From the NCBI RefSeq assembly GCF_004010195.1, contig NC_057718.1, forward strand, positions 84,793,968 through 84,857,967: 64,000 bases of DNA. The letters are read 5' to 3'. The notes below the pieces were generated by a model. The model saw only the letters and a list, made by a program, of their open reading frames with translations, searched no databases and was not told where the DNA came from. Below, in pieces: positions 57,615-64,000 of this stretch (its first letter is position 1; every line of letters starts with the position of its first letter). The DNA is from Chiloscyllium plagiosum (taxonomy: Eukaryota). The position numbers and the translations under genes are program-made.

Positions 57615-58754
57615 GCTCCTTAACGTATTGTTCTAGAGAACCATCCTGAGCACATTTCTAGAAACCTGTCCAAATAAATAAATTCCACACATTGTCATTC
57701 TAGTCTGCCACCCTCCTTATTAATGTACTGATCCCATCAGAACAATTCCACCATCTTTTCCTGCTAGTCTTTCCTTCATAACTGACAAATATCCTTGAGT
57801 GTTTAGTTCTCAGTCTTGGTCACCATGCAGCCATGTTTCTGTAAAAGCAATTAGCCCATGCCAATATATCTCAGTTTGTGAGATTGTTTACATTGTTGTG
57901 AATACTAACTGCTTTCAGGTGGAGTGTGTTTATCTTTTTGACATCATTCCACTTTCAAAGTATACTCGTGCTTGTCTTTCTTTTCCTTGTCTTCTAGTCT
58001 CCCAAGCATCATCTTTTTGACTTTCTTCATGTTACCAGCTTTACCTCCTTCCAATATGGATTGCACCTCCGGTTCCAATTCCCTAGCTTAAACCCACCTT
58101 AACAGCTCTAGCAAACTTCCCTGCAGAACTACTAGTCCTGGTTCCATTAAAGTGTAAGCTGTTCAGCTCATAAGGTCTCACCTGCTCCAAAACCAATACC
58201 AATTCTTCTCTTCCACCTGCACCAATTCTCCAGCCACAAGTTCAATCAATCCTCCTGTTCTTATGCTCATGTGGCACTGAGGTTAGTCCTGAGATTACTT
58301 GAAGTCCTGCTTTTTAATTTGTTCTTATCTCTCTGAAAACTGCCTTCAGGACCTCTTCCTTCCTATATTATTGGTACCAATGTAGACCATGACTTCTGGC
58401 TAAACCCTTTTCCCCCAGTCCTGCAGCTGCTTTGTGACATTATTGACCCTGTCACCAGGGAGACAACACGCCATATTGAAATCATGTTTCATGGATGGAA
58501 ATGACTATCTGATCCCCTGACTGTGGAATCCTATTGTTCTCTGATTCCTCTTCCTCCTTCCCTGTACAGCCTAGTCATCTGTGGACTCATGGGCTTAGCT
58601 CTGTCTGCGCTCTCCTGAGCAACCATCGCCCTCATCAGTTTCCAAAATGGAATGCTGATTAACAAGCAGTTTAGACTGAGGCGACCGCTGCATTATGAAC
58701 CTGTTTTATTTTCCAGCCTGCCTGGTGGTCACCCATTCTCCGTCAGCTTATATG

Positions 58755-58960
58755 GTTAAAAATCACACAACACCAGGTTATAGTCCAACAGGTTTAATTA
58801 GAAGGACTAGCTTTCAGAGCTATTGTAAGATACAACCACCTGAAGAAGGAGCAGCGCTTCGAAAGCTGGTGCTTCCAATGATACCTGTTGGACAATAACC
58901 TGGTATTGTGTGATTTTTAACTTTGTACACCCCAGTCCAACACCGGCATCTCCCAATCAT
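58755..58960. mobile_element. Penelope-like family B fold-back mini-element with hammerhead core
   Basis: ctgaaga 58840-46, ggagc/gcttc stem, gaaagct from 58861; inverted arms. Confidence 0.85.
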
Positions 58961-59923
58961 GTTTATACAGTGTAATCTGCAGTGTGACTATCTCTTTAAC
59001 ATGTTGTGTTCTGCCTTGCAGATATGCTACAGTGACTCCAGCCATTGCTCCAGTTCTGAAGCCTGGAACTCTAGCTTGTGCAGCTGGTAACACTTTCAGC
59101 CGAAGAGTTTGTCTGGGACATCTAGACATTTAAATCCAAACTAATACCCAACTTTCACTTTAAAGACTGAACTTACTCGCCAATCAGATGCTTTCCTTGC
59201 ACATGGGAATGTCACAACATCTTTGGTCTAAGTACAGGAGGGCCTCCTGATTTCCTCTCCTGCCTCTCCTGCTCACCCCTCACTCCCTAGAGACTTTATT
59301 TCTTGGAGCAATCATTAATTAAGCATCTCTCTCATTTTAACCCAAATTCCTCACTGACTCAATCTCTCTGTGGTGTAGTTTCCTTACTTTGACCATGTGG
59401 CTCTTTCTGGCCTTCCCTGTAACTTGTCTAATGCTGATAATTTTGCCTCCTTTTAAGTCACGTATGTGGTTTAGACCCAGATTAGTAGTGTGTTTTGTGA
59501 GCATGGAAGATATTCATGTCCCAGCTGCTTTCACAGGCACTTGATATTAAAAAAAACATATTTCTTGGCGACCACTTGCCCCTCATCTCTAGTAGTGAGT
59601 TGGCCAATGAGTTGGAGGTAGAGTACATCTTGAGATTTACTGAATTTGTGACCAGAATACAAGAAATAGGGTATAGCAGAATTATTTGTCCAGAAAACTA
59701 CAGAATGGAAAATAGTTGCACCACACAAAGTATGTATGAAAATCAAATCTAGTCACTTACAGCAGATGTGATTAGTGAGTATTACCCAATCGTCTCAATT
59801 CTGGAGCTGGTTTTCGTAAACATTTTTTCCCATAGAGTAGTAGGATAATATAGCATGGAAACAGACCCTTTGGCCCCTTGTTTTTCCTAAAAAAAAAAAA
59901 AAAAATTTTGTTCATTCCCACAG

Positions 59924-60080
59924 GAGTTACGCGACCAGAATGATGAGTTACAATCTAAAATGGAGTTGCTTCAATCACAGCTGCACCACAGAAAACAGAG
60001 CACTGTGGGTAATAAGAGGGTGAAGAATCCCATTTGTTTAGGCACTGATGGCGGGGTCACCAGGTGCCAGTCTGCTTCTG
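59924..60080 (+). CDS. NINL: Ninein-like protein, exon H; phase 0/1
   Basis: ttcattcccacag|GAG...G|gtaagt; 157 bp; ELRDQNDELQSKMELLQSQLHHRKQSTVGNKRVKNPICLGTDGGVTRCQSAS. Confidence 0.92.
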
Positions 60081-60540
60081 GTAAGTGAGAGCAGGTTGAC
60101 CCTAGCCCCCTCAATCTCTATCTCCTTTCATCCTTCCCATGTATTATGATGTATGGTTAGCACAGCGAAGGATAGTGTGTACGGCGTAAAATTGAGAGTC
60201 AGTATTCACATTGAGAATGACTTTGGGAGATGAGTAGTGCCTTTTTGACTCTGCTGCTCAAAGGATAATTTTTGGAAAGGAAGGAATGAAAAGATAGAAC
60301 TTGCACAACCTCAGTATCTCCTAAAATGCTTTGTAGCCAACGAATTGAAGTTGCTACTTAAATGTAGGGAAGCATGGTAAGTGTGAACATTTTCTCCCTA
60401 TTTGCTCTGTCCAAACATTCTGGTTTGTTTAAAGATGATAATTATTAGTTATGACAACAAAGGCTCCTTTTCAACTGGTTCCTCTGCATCTTTTAGTCCC
60501 AGTGATAGAAGGGTCAAGGACTTGTAGACACTGATTTAAG

Positions 60541-60833
60541 ACTCTTACTTATCTAAGTTAAACTCCTGAGAATACAGGCCCAGACTCCTCAATCTCTTAT
60601 CGTAGGACATTCACACTATCCCAGTCTGCTGCACTCTCTCTGGGGCAAGTTTATCTCCTTCTAGGCAAGGAGGTACAGAATTGCACACCATATTCTAGGT
60701 GCCATTTCATCATTGTTTCAATAACTCCTTCTGATTGTGAAATATCTGTTTACCTGTGACCTTTGCATTCCATGAATTTCCAACAATTCATTTTCTTTCA
60801 ACCAGCTCTAAAGCATATATTACAGCTGTTGGC
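60541..60833 (+). repeat. 293-bp direct repeat, copy 1 (copy 2 at 61799-62091)
   Basis: Read-by-eye alignment with 5 substitutions and no indels. Confidence 0.92.
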
Positions 60834-61007
60834 ATGAGGAAAAAGGGGTTTTACAAAGTTAGTGGTTTAGATCTGGAATGTACTGGCTGAGAATAAATAA
60901 AATGCCACCACGGTCCCAAAGGACTGTAGGGCTGCACTCCTGAGAGTGCAACAGCTGGTTTAACCTGAGGGTCACTTCAGGAGAAGGATGAAGTTGTGAA
61001 GGCTGAG

Positions 61008-61824
61008 GAGCCATAGAGCTGTACAGCAAGGAAACAGACCCTTTGTCCAACTCATTCATGCCAACCAGATATCCTAATTAATCTAGTTCCATTTGCCAGC
61101 GTTTGACCCATATCCCTCTAAACCCTTCCTATTGAAATATACATCCAGATGCCATTTAAATGTTGTAATTGTAATAGCCTCTACCAATTCCTGTGGCAGC
61201 TCGTTACATTCATGCACCACCCTCTGTGAAAAAAGTTGCTCCTTAGGTCCCTTTGAAATCTTTCTCTTCTCACCTTAAACCTATGCCCACCAGTTTTGAA
61301 TTCCCCTATCCTGAAAAAACTTTGGCTATTCACCCTATCCATGCCCATGGTGATTTCATAAACCTCTATAAGGCCGCCCCCCCCCTCCCCCCCCCAGAGT
61401 CCAATGCTCCAGGGAAAATGCCCAGCCTATTTAGCCTCTTCCTATAGCTCAAACCCTTCAATCCCAGCAGCATCTTTGTAACTCTTTTCTGAACTCTTTC
61501 AAGGTTAACAACATCCTCCCTACAGCAGGGAGATCAGAATTGCATGCAGTATTCCAAAAGTGGCCTAACCAATGTCCTGTACAGCCACAACCTGACCTCC
61601 TAGCTCCTTACTCAGTTCACTGAACAATAAAGGCAAGCGTACCAAATGTCGTCTTCACCACTCTGGGTCTACCTGCACCTCCACTTTTAAGGAAATATGA
61701 ACCTGCACCCCAAGATATATTTGTTTGGCAATGCTCCCCAGAACCTTTACTGTTAAGTGTATAAATCCTGCCCTGATTTGCCCTACCAAAATACAGCAAC
61801 TCTTACTAATCTAAGTTAAACTCC
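61008..61824 (-). mobile_element. CR1-like LINE 3' fragment
   Basis: LYFGRANQGRIYTLN; same family as 41228-42131. Confidence 0.85.
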
Positions 61825-62152
61825 TGAGGATACAGGCCCAGACTCCTCAATCTCTCATCGTAGGACAATCACACTATCCCAGTCTGCTGCACTCTCTCTG
61901 GGGCAAGTTTATCTCCTTCTAGGCAAGGAGGTACAGAATTGCACACCATATTCTAGGTGCCATTTCATCATTGTTTCAATAACTCCTTCTGATTGTGAAA
62001 TATCTGTTTACCTGTGACCTTTGCATTCCATGAATTTCCAACAATTCATTTTCTTTCAACCAGCTCTGAAGCATATATTACAGCTGTTGGCTGTAAAATT
62101 ATATATGAAATAGAATTGCTTAGAACATACAACAAAGATATAAGCCAAATGA

Positions 62153-62350
62153 AAACCAAAAGAACTGTGCATGTTGTAAATCAGAAACAAAAATAGAAGT
62201 CACTCAAAGCTCAGCAGGTCTGGCAGTATCTGTGGAGAGAAATCAGAATTAACGTTTCAGGTCAGGTGGGCCTTTCCTCAGAATGCAAGCAAATGTTGTG
62301 ACGAAGGGTCAGTCAACCTGAAACATTAACTCTGAACTCTCTGCACAGAT
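62153..62350. mobile_element. Penelope-like family D fold-back remnant
   Basis: Arms atctgtggagagaaatcagaattaacgtttcagg / cctgaaacattaactctgaactctctgcacagat. Confidence 0.7.
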
Positions 62351-62959
62351 ACAAGCCATTTGGCCCAACTGGTCTGTCTTGGTGTTTATGCTCTTCCGCA
62401 ATACTATCACCAACATCTTTCAATCCTTAGTCTCTTTTTTTTTTTTAGTTTTCCCTTCAATATTTTTATGCTGTTCATCTCATCTGCTCCACATGGTAGC
62501 AAGTTGCATATTTTGACCTCTCTCTGGGTAAAGACGTTCTCCTGATTAGAATGTATTGGTTTTCATCTTATATTTATGACCTCAATTTTTTGGATTCTTC
62601 CACCCAATCATCCCGCAAGAAATGTGGAAGTATCTTTGCTATGTTAGCACTGTAAAAGCCCTTCATAATTCTAAAAGTGCTTATCGGGTCACATCTTCAG
62701 CAACCTCTCTCTCAAAAAATAGCGCTCAGCTATTTTATCTTTTCTGATGGTTACAAACTCTCAGTTCTTACAAACCTCTTTCTCATCATATGCAGTTATA
62801 CTTGTGTCCTTTTTGCAATATGGGCACCTATGCACAGAGTTCTAAATAGTCCGACAAAGTTCTATATAAGTTGAACAACTTCTCTGTCCATTTCCCTAGA
62901 AATGAGCTTTAGTGCTTTGTTTGCAAAATGTTGAACTTCATAGCTATTTTTTTGAACAG

Positions 62960-63081
62960 ATGAGACATCCCTAGAAAGTGAATGTGCCAACATTAGCATC
63001 CAAACAGAGATGGCAATGGAGCAACTCAGAAGGCAGCATCAAGAGGAAGTGCAAGACCTTAAAATACAATTGGAAACAAAG
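62960..63081 (+). CDS. NINL: Ninein-like protein, exon I; phase 1/0, GC donor
   Basis: tttttttgaacag|AT...AAG|gcaagt; 122 bp; (D)ETSLESECANISIQTEMAMEQLRRQHQEEVQDLKIQLETK. Confidence 0.92.
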
Positions 63082-63424
63082 GCAAGTAATTTTAGTCTTT
63101 TCACACTTCTTCACTTCCTACCCTTCCCCTATACAGTAACTATGCATAATTTTTAGACCAAAGGGCAGCCTCATGACAACAAGTTCCAGAAAATCAAATA
63201 TATCCATTTGAAAATGCATAAAAAGCTTTGGATTTAAATACAACTTATTCATGCTACTGAAGCCAACAAGATTGAGGGTTAATGGGACATCTCCTGGGGA
63301 GAGAAAGAAAACATTTTACTTAGTGGAAAAACTGAAAAGCATTAGTTGCTTTAGTCCAATTCTGCTGCAATCGTTCTGCAAGTTTCGAAATTAAAGGTGG
63401 GATAATGTTGTGCTTATTTTGCAG

Positions 63425-63945
63425 GTAAATTATTATGAGAGAGAAATTGAACTGATGAAGAGGAATTTTGAGAAAGAGAGGAAGTACGTAGAACAAAGCT
63501 TTAAGATTGAGATCGGCGAACTGGAGGACCAGCGTGTTACCAGGGAACATGAAATGGAGCGGCTTCAGGGTGTGGTGAATGAGTTGCGTGTTCAACAGCA
63601 AGATGCAGAAGTCCAGCAGGAGGAAACAATTGCTGATCTACTAAGGCGACATGAAACAGCCAAGCTAAACCTGCAAGAAGAGGTGAGGAAAGGACAGGAG
63701 GAAAAGTGCAAAATGGAGGAGCTGAAGAAGGACGCAGAGTTGACAAAAATGTTCAAAGCACAGTCTAAATCAAAATTGGCATTGCAAATACAAGAACTGG
63801 AAACAAAGTTCCAGTGGGAAAGGACAGCTCAACAGCAGGCCTTTGTCAAGGAGAAGTCAGAATTAGAGCTACGGCTGTCGAAGGAGAAGCTTGAAATGGA
63901 GAAGGAACTGAAACTCCAACATCAGAAGGAATTGCAGCAATTAAG
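63425..63945 (+). CDS. NINL: Ninein-like protein, exon J (long coiled coil); phase 0/2
   Basis: ttattttgcag|GTA...AG|gtaggt; 521 bp; [34 protein letters not shown]...; matches NINL (recalled: [23 protein letters not shown]) rather than NIN. Confidence 0.93.
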
Positions 63946-64000
63946 GTAGGTTGTAGTGAACAGTATTTCCTTACTATAGACACAAGAGGGCATCATTAGG

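Larger units (their letters stand above)
56232..59150 (-). mobile_element. Old degraded long CR1-like LINE (continues at 53725-53925)
   Basis: RPLSLTSVLK and YVKEPTRGHAVSDPVLSNEK remnants; hosts PLE insertions at 57350 and 58755. Confidence 0.7.

Noticed and set aside
60541..62091. 293-bp repeats as LTRs or as a TSD of the enclosed CR1
   Set aside because: No TG...CA ends, and the repeat includes the CR1's own 5' junction

Overview
This is eukaryotic vertebrate DNA, almost certainly from a cartilaginous fish (shark), judged from its HE1/V-SINE, Deu-SINE, CR1-like and Penelope repeats. It contains 10 internal coding exons of a + strand ninein-like (NINL) gene at 9880-63945. They encode an EF-hand followed by long coiled coils and splice in frame only if two introns use GC-AG donors. 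The gene continues beyond both window ends. The introns are mostly retroelements: nested CR1-like LINEs (one near full length, with an esterase ORF1), a Tx1/L1-clade fragment, L2/Rex1 remnants, tRNA-derived SINEs and a young solo LTR with a 5-bp TSD. There are also many Penelope-like (PLE) insertions from at least four families. The most notable pattern is that the PLE families form short fold-back mini-elements carrying minimal hammerhead-ribozyme cores (CTGANGA...GAAA), several with 14-16 bp target-site duplications and a recurring ~30-40 nt arm asymmetry. Several locally templated duplications and inversions are also visible. Assembly gaps lie at 15347-16248 and 48202-48273. Family names come from motif recognition, not database searches.
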